Virus record (IMG/VR): IMGVR_UViG_3300008097_000010
Coordinates: 1-47,159 of that record
Origin: a virus
Lineage: Duplodnaviria; Caudoviricetes
Length of the DNA: 47,159 nt
Direction: 5' to 3' (one strand)
Notes under the pieces: model-generated
What the model was told of the DNA's origin: nothing
The model's input: only the letters and a program-made list of their open reading frames with translations
The model's database searches: none
Translations under genes and position numbers: made by a program
Shown here: one piece after another, positions 31,622 to 39,831 of the stretch
Layout: each line of letters starts with the position of its first letter
Position numbering within the stretch: position 1 is the stretch's first letter

Positions 31622-33649
31622 TTACTTCCTCTCCAATTCTCCATTTGAGTAGCTTGATGTGTAATAATCTCTTGAGAAGACAACACCTGAAACATCTTCA
31701 CCAGATGCAATTACGTCTTTGATGGTATTTATCTTACTATTCGTAACGTCAAAACTAAGATAAAGATCCTTTAATCCAACAACATCATTTGAATCAGGGA
31801 ATGCTTGAATTTCAATTACATTATTTGAAGAAATAGTTGATGTTATATTAATAGTATTAATAAGAATTTCACCTTTAACATAATCTACTGTTCCTACAGA
31901 TTTAACTACAACTCTATTTTCATTCTTCTCATTTTTAGTTATTATACTTAAAGTACCTTTTCCACTGCCATCTAAAGCACCATTAGCATCTTTATTTGGT
32001 ACATCGGTCAAATATACTACTGAAGATTCTCCAGATACTGTAAATCCTGTACTCTTTATATTAAATCCTTCAGGATTAATATAAAATCTATTACCAAAAC
32101 ATAATTCATATTGTGCAAATTGATTAGTTAATACTTTTAAATCTCTTCTAATTTTAACTTTAGTAATATTTGAGGTAATAGCATCATCTACTCTATCAAT
32201 TAATTGTAAGACTTTACTATATTTGAATCTACCTCCAAATTTATTAATGTCAACGTTTTTAGAATATGAAACAAGAGAATCTGTTATTTTTGATTTTAAA
32301 TCAGTTGAACTAGTAATTTGTGAGGAATTATAATAAATTGATGAGTCAATTTCAACATATAATATTTTAAGATCAATAATACTTGAATCTATTCCAGCAA
32401 TAGAATAATTTTTTAATTTATTCTTAATTTGCATCTTATCAAAGTCAGAAATATAAGTTCCATTTTTAGGTTTTATACTAATCTGAACTTTACCAAATTG
32501 AGGTGGATCTAATTCTTCTCCACCAACAACAGCAATTGATTCCGTTCTTGGATATATTGATTGTATAATTGCTTCGTAATCTCTTGGAGTAACCGCCCTG
32601 TATTGTGCCGAATACAGTCTTGGACCGTAGTATTTAATAGATGAAAGGTTTTCCATCTCAGAACCGTTTGAGGCACTCTGAACGGTGTTTATCGATACAT
32701 TACCATATGGTATAACTGTCTTAGATCCTGGTTCATTTGGATCTTGATCTGTAAAGACTCCTTGGAATTCAAATACAGCAGCACCATTACCAGATTCACC
32801 ATCAGTAATAATATATCTGGTGGTTACAACATCATTTGTATCCAATTTTCTACCAAATATATTGTCACCAAATAATAACTCATATCTTTCATCTTGGATT
32901 TCTTGAGTAAAGAATATCTCCGAAGTTGGATCAAGATTTAAAATATTATCAATCATTTTCCATTGTCTACCAATCTTACCATATCCAATAGTTGCTTCAT
33001 AATTAGCAGCAATTTGAACGTAAGTTGTAATAGTAGAACTGTCAATATTTGGAGTATCTAATATAAACCTTTGATCTTTTAATCCTTTAGCAACAAACCT
33101 TGATTCTGATAAAGTACCTTGAAATACTTCTATAGGATCTACAGGTGTACCAAAAACTGCTTCATATATTTTATTTCCAGATCCATCAGGATTAGTGGTT
33201 CTTCCAGTGTATTTTAAAGTTCCAGGTATTGGTTCAGTAATAGAAAATCTATATGTAGTGTTATTTGTAGCACCAACACATACCAAACCTGGTTTTAAAT
33301 ACAGTTTAGACAACTTCTGAGTGCTTGAAGTTACGTCTTCCCCCTCATACTCTACCGTGAAGGTAACCATCGCCTTTGAAGCGGTTTTAGAGCGTGGTAT
33401 ATAACCAATATTACGTGCTAAAGATACTACATTTTCCCTAATAGATGCAGAATCTAAGAATGATTCATTTGCTACTAAGTTTGCATTAAAGGCATTAATG
33501 TAAGTATTATACGCTAAAGTATCAATTAAAATGGAGAAGTTAGATCCTTCAAAATCAAAATCAGAAAAATTTGAATTGGTGCGAAGATAATCCCTTATCT
33601 GGGCTTTGATTTCATCAAAATCTAAACTAGTAAACTGTGTAAATGGCAT
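31622..33649 (-). CDS. gp6: Baseplate wedge subunit
   Basis: LDFDEIK...FSDFDFEGSN...LAYNTYINAFNAN..NESFLDSA..RENVVSLARNIGY; QYRAVT..DY. Confidence 0.96.
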   Translation of the reverse strand: MPFTQFTSLDFDEIKAQIRDYLRTNSNFSDFDFEGSNFSILIDTLAYNTYINAFNANLVANESFLDSASIRENVVSLARNIGYIPRSKTASKAMVTFTVEYEGEDVTSSTQKLSKLYLKPGLVCVGATNNTTYRFSITEPIPGTLKYTGRTTNPDGSGNKIYEAVFGTPVDPIEVFQGTLSESRFVAKGLKDQRFILDTPNIDSSTITTYVQIAANYEATIGYGKIGRQWKMIDNILNLDPTSEIFFTQEIQDERYELLFGDNIFGRKLDTNDVVTTRYIITDGESGNGAAVFEFQGVFTDQDPNEPGSKTVIPYGNVSINTVQSASNGSEMENLSSIKYYGPRLYSAQYRAVTPRDYEAIIQSIYPRTESIAVVGGEELDPPQFGKVQISIKPKNGTYISDFDKMQIKNKLKNYSIAGIDSSIIDLKILYVEIDSSIYYNSSQITSSTDLKSKITDSLVSYSKNVDINKFGGRFKYSKVLQLIDRVDDAITSNITKVKIRRDLKVLTNQFAQYELCFGNRFYINPEGFNIKSTGFTVSGESSVVYLTDVPNKDANGALDGSGKGTLSIITKNEKNENRVVVKSVGTVDYVKGEILINTINITSTISSNNVIEIQAFPDSNDVVGLKDLYLSFDVTNSKINTIKDVIASGEDVSGVVFSRDYYTSSYSNGELERK

Positions 33650-33653
33650 ATTA

Positions 33654-34055
33654 TTATCTGGTTGATTCTAACAGGAAATTAAATGATTGTGTTGGTACTG
33701 ATAATCCTACAACATCAAAGAATACAGTGACATTAAGAGCATTACGTTCAGGTCGTCCATCAACATTAACGTGAATATTATCAACTCTTGGTTCAAAGTT
33801 ATTTACTGTTTGTATAATTTGATCTTCAATAACAGCAACTAATGTAGGACTCATATTTTCAAATAAACTTGCACGTACACTTGAACCTATTAATGGGTTA
33901 AAAAAGCGTTCAGTAGGAATAGTTTCCACTAAATTTCTTACTGACCTCACAATAGCACGTTCATTGGTCAATACTGGCAAATCTTTTGTTATTGGATGAG
34001 GTGCAAAAGAAAAACTTATGTCTTTAAACCCTCTTGATACACGAGTACCTGCCAT
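33654..34055 (-). CDS. gp25: Baseplate wedge subunit / sheath initiator
   Basis: FKDISFSF..HP.T.DL...NERAI.RSVRNLV.T...ERFFNP.IGS...NFEPRV. Confidence 0.95.
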   Translation of the reverse strand: MAGTRVSRGFKDISFSFAPHPITKDLPVLTNERAIVRSVRNLVETIPTERFFNPLIGSSVRASLFENMSPTLVAVIEDQIIQTVNNFEPRVDNIHVNVDGRPERNALNVTVFFDVVGLSVPTQSFNFLLESTR

Positions 34056-34085
34056 TAAATGAATCTTAATACTTTTTTCTTTGTT

Positions 34086-34093
34086 TATTTATG
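34086..34093 (-). promoter_or_regulatory. Late promoter CATAAATA heading the baseplate operon
   Basis: NATAAATA about 30 nt upstream of gp25 and just downstream of a terminator. Confidence 0.75.
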
Positions 34094-34123
34094 CAAGAAA
34101 TTTAATATTTTATATCTATGCAT

Positions 34124-34144
34124 AAAAAAACGCCCTTTCGGGCG
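34124..34144 (-). terminator. Rho-independent terminator
   Basis: Minus strand CGCCC-GAAA-GGGCG-TTTTTTT directly after the stop at 34152. Confidence 0.9.
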
Positions 34145-34151
34145 AATTTTC

Positions 34152-34304
34152 TTATTTTCCTTGACCTCTATACCTCTTTTTTGCTTTATTTCGAGAAGTT
34201 GCGGAGTATTTTGTATGTTTTCCCCTACCTTGATAGGTTTTTTTGGGTATTGTCTCTACGAAAACCGAAGTTCCCCATGCTCCTGATTTAGTTTTTACTG
34301 CCAT
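34152..34304 (-). CDS. Small basic protein (50 aa) ending KRYRGQGK
   Basis: Manual translation MAVKTKSGAWGTSVFVETIPKKTYQGRGKHTKYSATSRNKAKKRYRGQGK; followed by a terminator. Confidence 0.85.
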   Translation of the reverse strand: MAVKTKSGAWGTSVFVETIPKKTYQGRGKHTKYSATSRNKAKKRYRGQGK

Positions 34305-34313
34305 GATTAAAAT

Positions 34314-34481
34314 TTAAAGTTCTTGTGGTTCTACTTTGATAGATTTTGGGTCTACTACTCCTTCTTCTTCCGAATTGAAGTAGTATTCCCTTGCATAATC
34401 TTCCATTAAGTCAAAAAGTTCCTTTTCAGACACTTTTTCATGTGTTAATTCACCATTGATGAACACATTATAGACTTCCAT
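34314..34481 (-). CDS. Small acidic hypothetical protein (55 aa)
   Basis: Manual translation MEVYNVFINGELTHEKVSEKELFDLMEDYAREYYFNSEEEGVVDPKSIKVEPQEL; ATG abuts the upstream stop. Confidence 0.8.
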   Translation of the reverse strand: MEVYNVFINGELTHEKVSEKELFDLMEDYAREYYFNSEEEGVVDPKSIKVEPQEL

Positions 34482-35237
34482 TTAAATAGTCCTTGTTTTT
34501 TCGTGTCCTACACGTATTCTTGGATCGCACCAGATCTCAAAACCTGCTTCTTTTGCATCTAAACAGAAAGAAACGTCTTCTCCACACATATCTTGAACCT
34601 CACCAGACTCAAATACCTGCATTTTAGGAGCAAACCAAGGATATTTCATCTCTTCATGTTCCCAAACACCTTTTTTGATTAACAACCAGCCAAATCCAGT
34701 ATAATCAACGGTAAATGGTTTCTTTCTTTTCGAGATGCTTTCGAGGGTTTCGTGGTTCATTACTCCACCATTAGTTCTGAAGTCATCTTCTTCTAACCAG
34801 TGTGCAACCGAGGTGGTTTTGCCGTCCTCTGTGCAGTACCAACCACCAGCAATTTCCTTATCCATAAGGACTACTTGCCAGAATTTCTCTGAATTGAATA
34901 CAATATCGCTATCGATCCATAATTGGTAGTCATATTGGAGTTGACCATCCCAAGGAATCTGATCAGGTCCACGAAGTACATTAGCACCTAAGCACTTGCA
35001 TCGTGCAAAGTTGACCATTGATGAGTAATCCTGAGAAATTTGGATACTTGCTCCACTCTGTACCAGATCGAAGCATAGCTGTACAAATGCTTTTAAAAAT
35101 GTATATGAAACAGTCCTACCAGGCAAACAAAATACTACTGTTTTACCTTTTACCATTTCTTTTGCTTTCTCGAAGTCCCACTCTGGTGCTTTATTGACCA
35201 TCGGAGACTTTGCCTTTACGGTAAATCCTTTCGCCAT
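34482..35237 (-). CDS. Glycosyltransferase-like protein (GT-A fold, GT2-like)
   Basis: ARC..LG, DYQLWIDSDIVF (DxD), GFGWLLIKKGVW, GEDVSFC...GFEIWCDP...VGH. Confidence 0.8.
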   Translation of the reverse strand: MAKGFTVKAKSPMVNKAPEWDFEKAKEMVKGKTVVFCLPGRTVSYTFLKAFVQLCFDLVQSGASIQISQDYSSMVNFARCKCLGANVLRGPDQIPWDGQLQYDYQLWIDSDIVFNSEKFWQVVLMDKEIAGGWYCTEDGKTTSVAHWLEEDDFRTNGGVMNHETLESISKRKKPFTVDYTGFGWLLIKKGVWEHEEMKYPWFAPKMQVFESGEVQDMCGEDVSFCLDAKEAGFEIWCDPRIRVGHEKTRTI

Positions 35238-35259
35238 AATCTATTGTAATTACGAATAT

Positions 35260-35288
35260 ATCATACTCGATTATATAGCAATTGTCAA
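35260..35288 (-). promoter_or_regulatory. Sigma70-type promoter
   Basis: TTGACA-N17-TATGAT upstream of the GT-like gene. Confidence 0.8.
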
Positions 35289-35307
35289 TAGTTTTTAGTG
35301 TATTCGG

Positions 35308-36174
35308 TTAACCATCCATTTTTGCAAAGGTATTCTTATTTTCTGGTGTCCATACTTTTATACCAACTGCAGGTGACAACCAACCAGTAATAATATACTT
35401 TACACCTGATAATGGAGGATTACCACGGTGGAGATGTGTATATGAAGAAGGCCATACAACACCCATATTTCTTTTTGGTTTAATTCTTAATTTCTGATAT
35501 AAAAACTCAGTCTCACCACCTTCTTCGACATCATTTAAGTAAACCGACCATGCCATAACTCTAAGATTATGATCCCATGCTATGTTTTCATTATGAAACG
35601 AATGATAACCTTGAGTTGGTAATGTTCTTTGGAGAGAAGTTACACTACTCATCCATTGCATATTCTGTAAACATGGGAAATCATTTACATATGGTTCAAA
35701 ACATGATTCGAGCAAAGCCGCTCCTATATCTTTACCAATATCAGTATGAAAAGGTTCAATAGGTATTGCTGTATCTGTAAGATGAAGACCAGCAGCATTA
35801 TTTCTTTGCCTTGGTTCTAATACTTGTTGTTTACCTCCAAGATCCAATAAGAAATTAACTAAGTGTTCAGGTAGAGCATTATCATAAGTTCTTATAAAAT
35901 TCTCTTCTGCTTGTTGAGGTTGCTGAGTATCGGGAGTCCATACTGGTTCTTCTGGTGCAGTAACAGTTATAAAGTCTTCCAATACTGGTTTTTTATCTTC
36001 TTCACCAGGTCCACGTATATTAGCCTTGCTTCTAATATCATCTTGAATCCTTTCATTATTAGTAACATATGTTGGTGTTATTCCAGTATCTCCACCAAAC
36101 TTAGGTTCTATTCTTTTAATTTTTCTTTCTGAACCTTTTATAGGACCACAATACTTATTACTTTTCTTTGACAT
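35308..36174 (-). CDS. 2OG-Fe(II) oxygenase with N-terminal extension
   Basis: GYHSFHNE (HxE), YLNDVEEGGETEF, THLHRGNPPLSGVKYIITGW. Confidence 0.92.
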   Translation of the reverse strand: MSKKSNKYCGPIKGSERKIKRIEPKFGGDTGITPTYVTNNERIQDDIRSKANIRGPGEEDKKPVLEDFITVTAPEEPVWTPDTQQPQQAEENFIRTYDNALPEHLVNFLLDLGGKQQVLEPRQRNNAAGLHLTDTAIPIEPFHTDIGKDIGAALLESCFEPYVNDFPCLQNMQWMSSVTSLQRTLPTQGYHSFHNENIAWDHNLRVMAWSVYLNDVEEGGETEFLYQKLRIKPKRNMGVVWPSSYTHLHRGNPPLSGVKYIITGWLSPAVGIKVWTPENKNTFAKMDG

Positions 36175-36194
36175 CGGATTCTGTTTTATTTGTT

Positions 36195-36223
36195 ATTATA
36201 CTACCATTGTGTTGATGCGTCAA
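36195..36223 (-). promoter_or_regulatory. Sigma70-type promoter
   Basis: TTGACG-N17-TATAAT overlapping the end of the upstream gene. Confidence 0.7.
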
Positions 36224-36800
36224 TATGCTCTTCTACTGGTGGTGGAAATGTTTCTTGCCCATACCTACCTTTATTTGCAATAACTTCACCATCAATATAA
36301 TTACAAGATAATATAACCCTTCTCTTTTGATTTGTAGTTGTTGTACTATTATGACTTTCAGAACCATCAAAGATTAATGCTCTATTTTCTATACTTTCAA
36401 CCTTAGTACCATCTGGAAACTCTGTACCACCATCACAAGTATTAATATACAAAATTAATGCTTTATTTGTATACGGCATATCAGTATGTGGATCATGATG
36501 AATCATTTTACCTACATTAGTATACATGATACATCTTGACCTAATTAAGGATACTGCTTTACAATACTCATTCAACATTACTCCCATCATTTGAAATAAT
36601 TGTGGATCATGTATTTGTAGATTATGATATACATCATGTATAAAATAAAAATCCGTTAAATCATTATTGTATATACCTTGATCATCTTTTTTAACGTATG
36701 CAACACCTGGTGAAAACTGCCAAGTATTACGAATATCCATTATATAAGTCTTTATTGCTTCAAAATAATCAGCAGGTAAAAAATCATCAATTACTTTCAT
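36201..36800 (-). CDS. 2OG-Fe(II) oxygenase
   Basis: MKVIDDFLP, HTD facial motif, LYINTCDGGT.F, ENRALIFDG..HNS....RVILSCNY. Confidence 0.88.
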   Translation of the reverse strand: MKVIDDFLPADYFEAIKTYIMDIRNTWQFSPGVAYVKKDDQGIYNNDLTDFYFIHDVYHNLQIHDPQLFQMMGVMLNEYCKAVSLIRSRCIMYTNVGKMIHHDPHTDMPYTNKALILYINTCDGGTEFPDGTKVESIENRALIFDGSESHNSTTTTNQKRRVILSCNYIDGEVIANKGRYGQETFPPPVEEHIDASTQW

Positions 36801-37384
36801 TTTATTAAAAAATTAGTTAAACAGTATCTACCATAATGTTGATTACGATATTCTTCTTCCATATGTATAGGAGATACTTCATGTTTTAAACAACTTGGTA
36901 TAACAACTAATCTATTATTCATACACTCTATAGTTTGATTGAAGTCAGTTAATGTTAGATCACCACCTGTAAACTTCTTTGGTTCTTTAAAAAACCATGT
37001 AAGCATCGTAACCTCTGCACCATCAGTATGAGAATCATAGTAATCTTCATTCTCATAGTATGATAACATTATATCATCATTACGGACATTATGCATAACA
37101 TTAGACCAAAACCAACTTTCTCTTGCTATTTTACTAAACATCCATGATAGATGAGGAAAACATTGTTTTGATATATCAGTTATTCTTGGTGGTAATATAT
37201 GTGTTCTTTTACAGTTAACTAAAAACTTACCATCCCTTATAGCACCACTTGTTTCATTAGCAGTAAGTAATTTATTATTATAGTATACATCATCAAGATC
37301 TTCCCATATAACTCTCAATTCTTCTTTATTATACCAATCATCAAAAATAAAATATTCTGGATAATCTACAAATTCATATTTCAT
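36797..37384 (-). CDS. 2OG-Fe(II) oxygenase (prolyl-4-hydroxylase-like)
   Basis: YYDSHTD, FTGGDL, NNRLVVIPS..KHEVSPI...GRYCLTNF. Confidence 0.9.
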   Translation of the reverse strand: MKYEFVDYPEYFIFDDWYNKEELRVIWEDLDDVYYNNKLLTANETSGAIRDGKFLVNCKRTHILPPRITDISKQCFPHLSWMFSKIARESWFWSNVMHNVRNDDIMLSYYENEDYYDSHTDGAEVTMLTWFFKEPKKFTGGDLTLTDFNQTIECMNNRLVVIPSCLKHEVSPIHMEEEYRNQHYGRYCLTNFLIK

Positions 37385-37554
37385 TAATAAGAGGCATCTG
37401 CCATTATACTACTATCAAACACGATTGATTCAAAACTTAGTTCGTCTTTATAATATGAATGATATAATCTACCCCATATAAGATCAAATTCATTTTGATC
37501 CAAATCTTTAAAAAGTACTTCTCCTCTTAAGTATATGTGGTAAGTATTAGGCAT
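37384..37554 (-). CDS. Small hypothetical protein (56 aa)
   Basis: Likely start MPNTYHIYLRGEVLFKDL at 37554, overlapping the upstream stop; the track's start at 37581 lies inside another ORF. Confidence 0.75.
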   Translation of the reverse strand: MPNTYHIYLRGEVLFKDLDQNEFDLIWGRLYHSYYKDELSFESIVFDSSIMADASY

Positions 37555-37717
37555 TTTCTGTAATAATAAGTTCATCACCATCAGTTTTAAAATTTACTTC
37601 GGTATCTTCAAACCATCCTTGATCATTTACTACCCATTCAGGTATTCGTACAAAATACTCTCCAGATACTGTATCAACTTCTATGGGGCGTATATCTTCA
37701 GGGTTATTTTTTAGCAT
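37547..37717 (-). CDS. AbrB/MazE/SpoVT-like small DNA-binding protein (56 aa)
   Basis: Manual translation MLKNNPEDIRPIEVDTVSGEYFVRIPEWVVNDQGWFEDTEVNFKTDGDELIITENA; V.IP......GW....V......LII pattern; has its own promoter. Confidence 0.75.
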   Translation of the reverse strand: MLKNNPEDIRPIEVDTVSGEYFVRIPEWVVNDQGWFEDTEVNFKTDGDELIITENA

Positions 37718-37738
37718 TCTGTATTATTCTATTTTTCC

Positions 37739-37767
37739 ATTATATATCAATTGCGAATCTTTTGCAA
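37739..37767 (-). promoter_or_regulatory. Sigma70-type promoter
   Basis: TTGCAA-N17-TATAAT about 22 nt upstream of the ATG at 37717. Confidence 0.8.
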
Positions 37768-37862
37768 GTGCGACCCTGTGGGCGTTTTTTAACAGCGAAA
37801 AAAAATTTGAAGTTGGGTGGAATATTGTTCTCGCTTTCGTAACACTTTGTAGGTTAGGGTAG

Positions 37863-37995
37863 TTAGTCGTTTTTAAACGGGGGCGAACGGGGACGGGGGG
37901 ACGGACGGGCAACTGGCATATCACGAACCCACTGTGCCACCTCACCAACTGGCATACGTCTACTTTTATGAGACGTATGCCTAACGAACGACTAA
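37863..37995. other. GC-rich structured non-coding element
   Basis: Closing inverted repeat TTAGTCGTT/AACGACTAA, four G-runs at 37879-37909, a palindrome copy at 37933-37956 and an 11-bp hairpin at 37951-37981. Confidence 0.6.
37933..37956. repeat. 24-bp palindrome, copy A (no adjacent -10 box)
   Basis: TGTGCCACCT-CACC-AACTGGCATA, with an extra half-site at 37911-37920. Confidence 0.75.
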
Positions 37996-38585
37996 TAGTT
38001 GTCGGCATATATTCTGCCACTATCTAACAGGGTGTAGTCGTCCTCATAGATATCCGCTACTTGTTCCCAGAAGTTAGAGCGATCAAGGCAGTTTTGAAAC
38101 CATGACGGCATAGTTTTAAACACTTCATAATAAGCGTCACGAGTCATCTCTTCGGCAAATTCTTCCATTGTCTGACCAATACCTGCAAGGCGTTCGGTCA
38201 TCTCTGTGACTGCCTCGACTCCATAATGACAGGCAAATTCTCTGGTTTCTTCTTCTCCTTCTTCTTCTGCTATGATGTCATAGTCTTCCTTATCTGCTAA
38301 TTCAATAAAACTAAAGTCTGACCAATCATCACACCATTCTACAACGTCCTCCCGTGTGTAGAGTCCTTCTGTAAGGTCGTCCGATGCCTTAGCGATTGCT
38401 TGATGAATTTTTCTACGTCTCCAATCGTATACGCTCTCAGGATCTTTCATGAAATCATCAGGAGCGAAATTTAAAAGAAACAACTGATGACCGATTTGCT
38501 CACGCTTTCCTGGAAACTTCTTATCGAAATAGTATGATTCTTTGACTTGATCATACAATTTTTGTGCTGTTGCTTGGTGGTTCAT
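37992..38585 (-). CDS. Acidic hypothetical early protein (197 aa)
   Basis: Long ORF with a palindrome-linked promoter and a TTCCCCAAATG start context. Confidence 0.85.
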   Translation of the reverse strand: MNHQATAQKLYDQVKESYYFDKKFPGKREQIGHQLFLLNFAPDDFMKDPESVYDWRRRKIHQAIAKASDDLTEGLYTREDVVEWCDDWSDFSFIELADKEDYDIIAEEEGEEETREFACHYGVEAVTEMTERLAGIGQTMEEFAEEMTRDAYYEVFKTMPSWFQNCLDRSNFWEQVADIYEDDYTLLDSGRIYADNY

Positions 38586-38610
38586 TTGGGGAATTGTTTG
38601 AACTGATTTA

Positions 38611-38669
38611 ATAATAAAGGATAATAGGAGGAAATCTATTTACCTTGTGCCAGTTTATCAAGTGGCACA
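38611..38669 (-). promoter_or_regulatory. Palindrome-linked early promoter (copy B)
   Basis: Palindrome at 38646-38669, 29 nt, then TATTAT at 38611-38616. Confidence 0.8.
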
Positions 38670-38672
38670 CAT

Positions 38673-38706
38673 AAAAAAATGATGAGTAAATTAATACTCA
38701 TCATTT
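38673..38706 (-). terminator. Rho-independent terminator
   Basis: AAATGATGAGTA/TACTCATCATTT stem followed by a T-run on the minus strand, at the stop of the ORF ending 38691. Confidence 0.75.
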
Positions 38707-38861
38707 AAAATCCGTTGCAAGTCGTCCGACTGTCCGACTCCCCAACCGTGAGAAGGACGGTTGCAACGCTGTTGTTCTCTTTGCTCATCAAGTGCAATCA
38801 TACGTTTAGCGAATGATTCCATATTAGGGGAACAAAGATACCCTTGACCTTTAATTAACAT
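38691..38861 (-). CDS. Small hypothetical protein (56 aa)
   Basis: Manual translation MLIKGQGYLCSPNMESFAKRMIALDEQREQQRCNRPSHGWGVGQSDDLQRILNDEY; its stop lies inside the terminator. Confidence 0.6.
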   Translation of the reverse strand: MLIKGQGYLCSPNMESFAKRMIALDEQREQQRCNRPSHGWGVGQSDDLQRILNDEY

Positions 38862-38866
38862 TTGAG

Positions 38867-38899
38867 AAAAAAGGGAAGTGTGTGAGGTTTCCTTCCCTT
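38867..38899 (-). terminator. Terminator-like hairpin
   Basis: AAGGGAAG-loop-CTTCCCTT-TTTT on the minus strand after ORF 38908; the loop is large. Confidence 0.5.
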
Positions 38900-38907
38900 A
38901 CTTTCTA

Positions 38908-39132
38908 TTATGCCTCAATCTGGGTCAATGTCTCATCTTTGAAACATTTGTTAATAAAGCGACCAACTGACTCAGTTTCTCTTAACTGTGCTGTAAAGTT
39001 GTCAAGGTTAGAAGTCTTATATGTGTAAGACCGTGTGCTGTCGTCTTTAGCATTGCGAAATGCGACTGTAACCTCATTGGATAGGTCAGACCAGTTAACC
39101 GATGAAACTGCTGTTGACTTAGGAAAATCCAT
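38908..39132 (-). CDS. KTSC-domain-like protein (74 aa)
   Basis: STAVSSVNW......V.VAF.....YTY.....F...L....SVGRFINK matches the KTSC pattern. Confidence 0.75.
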   Translation of the reverse strand: MDFPKSTAVSSVNWSDLSNEVTVAFRNAKDDSTRSYTYKTSNLDNFTAQLRETESVGRFINKCFKDETLTQIEA

Positions 39133-39158
39133 TTAAAGTTGTTTGTTTAACTGAATCT

Positions 39159-39253
39159 ATTATAAGGGTATTTTTATGGGTATTGCGTTCACAATGTGCC
39201 AGTTCATAAAGTGGCACAAGATCGGTAGATTTCGGTGTTGGTAGGATTATAAT
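39159..39253. promoter_or_regulatory. Bidirectional palindrome-linked promoter (copy C)
   Basis: Palindrome at 39195-39218; minus-strand TATAAT at 39159-39164 (30 nt away) and plus-strand TATAAT at 39248-39253 (29 nt away). Confidence 0.8.
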
Positions 39254-39259
39254 AAGAAT

Positions 39260-39325
39260 AACAAAACAAAGAGGTGAGGGGTATCACCGAAGACAAAAAT
39301 CTTCGACACTCCCCCTGCCCTTTTA
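39260..39325 (+). ncRNA. Candidate small structured RNA, copy 1
   Basis: No ORF; downstream of a plus-strand -10; hairpins GGTGA/TCACC and GAAGA/TCTTC; homologous to 40932-40995. Confidence 0.55.
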
Positions 39326-39342
39326 TAAAAAAAGGGTATAAG

Positions 39343-39371
39343 AAAAAAACGTCTACCGAAAGGTAGACGTT
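39343..39371 (-). terminator. Rho-independent terminator, possibly bidirectional
   Basis: AACGTCTACC-GAAA-GGTAGACGTT with a minus-strand T-run, after ORF 39380. Confidence 0.88.
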
Positions 39372-39379
39372 ATTCAGGT

Positions 39380-39667
39380 TTATCTAAAAAACCTGTTGTA
39401 AAGAGATTGGATTCTCTCACGCTTTGTAAGTCTGTTAGAAATGTAAAGAAACCCTTTGTTGCCTCCCTGTGGAACTGCGGTTACTTTACCAGTTTTAACA
39501 AGTGCTTCAAGGATCAACGCTCTATGTCCCTGCTTGCCATACTTGATATAATCATAAGATGGATGTGTCTCCCTTATGATCTCTGTGAGAGTCAAACCCT
39601 TAGAAGGTGTATGTACCCTTCTTTCAATCGCTTTGTGGATTTGGTTCGCTGTAGGAAAGTTTTTCAT
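39380..39667 (-). CDS. Basic hypothetical protein (95 aa), possible winged-helix
   Basis: Likely start MKNFPTAN at 39667 (TTCCCCAAATG context). GLTLTEII...ILEALVKTGKV resembles a wHTH (inference). Confidence 0.75.
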   Translation of the reverse strand: MKNFPTANQIHKAIERRVHTPSKGLTLTEIIRETHPSYDYIKYGKQGHRALILEALVKTGKVTAVPQGGNKGFLYISNRLTKRERIQSLYNRFFR

Positions 39668-39831
39668 TTGGGGAATTAGTTGTTTAACTATTAATATGAT
39701 GCCATGAATTAATAGACCTGTCAAGCAATTCATTCAAATATATTCATTTCAACATTGTATAAAATGTACATAGACATATTTTTAATTATGCTTTAGACTG
39801 AAGGTAGACCCTAAAATAATTGAGGTTGTAT

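Noticed and set aside
34059-34286. 75-aa plus-strand ORF
   Set aside because: It overlaps a late promoter, a terminator and a better-supported minus-strand 50-aa gene.
36201-36800. Possible endonuclease V label sometimes given to this family
   Set aside because: The HxD...H...R pattern is that of a 2OG-Fe(II) oxygenase; no DenV motifs are seen.
37724-38020. 98-aa minus-strand ORF
   Set aside because: It runs across hairpins, the G/C tract and a promoter, and the Pro/Arg run simply mirrors the C-tract. A non-coding element explains it better, though translation is not excluded.
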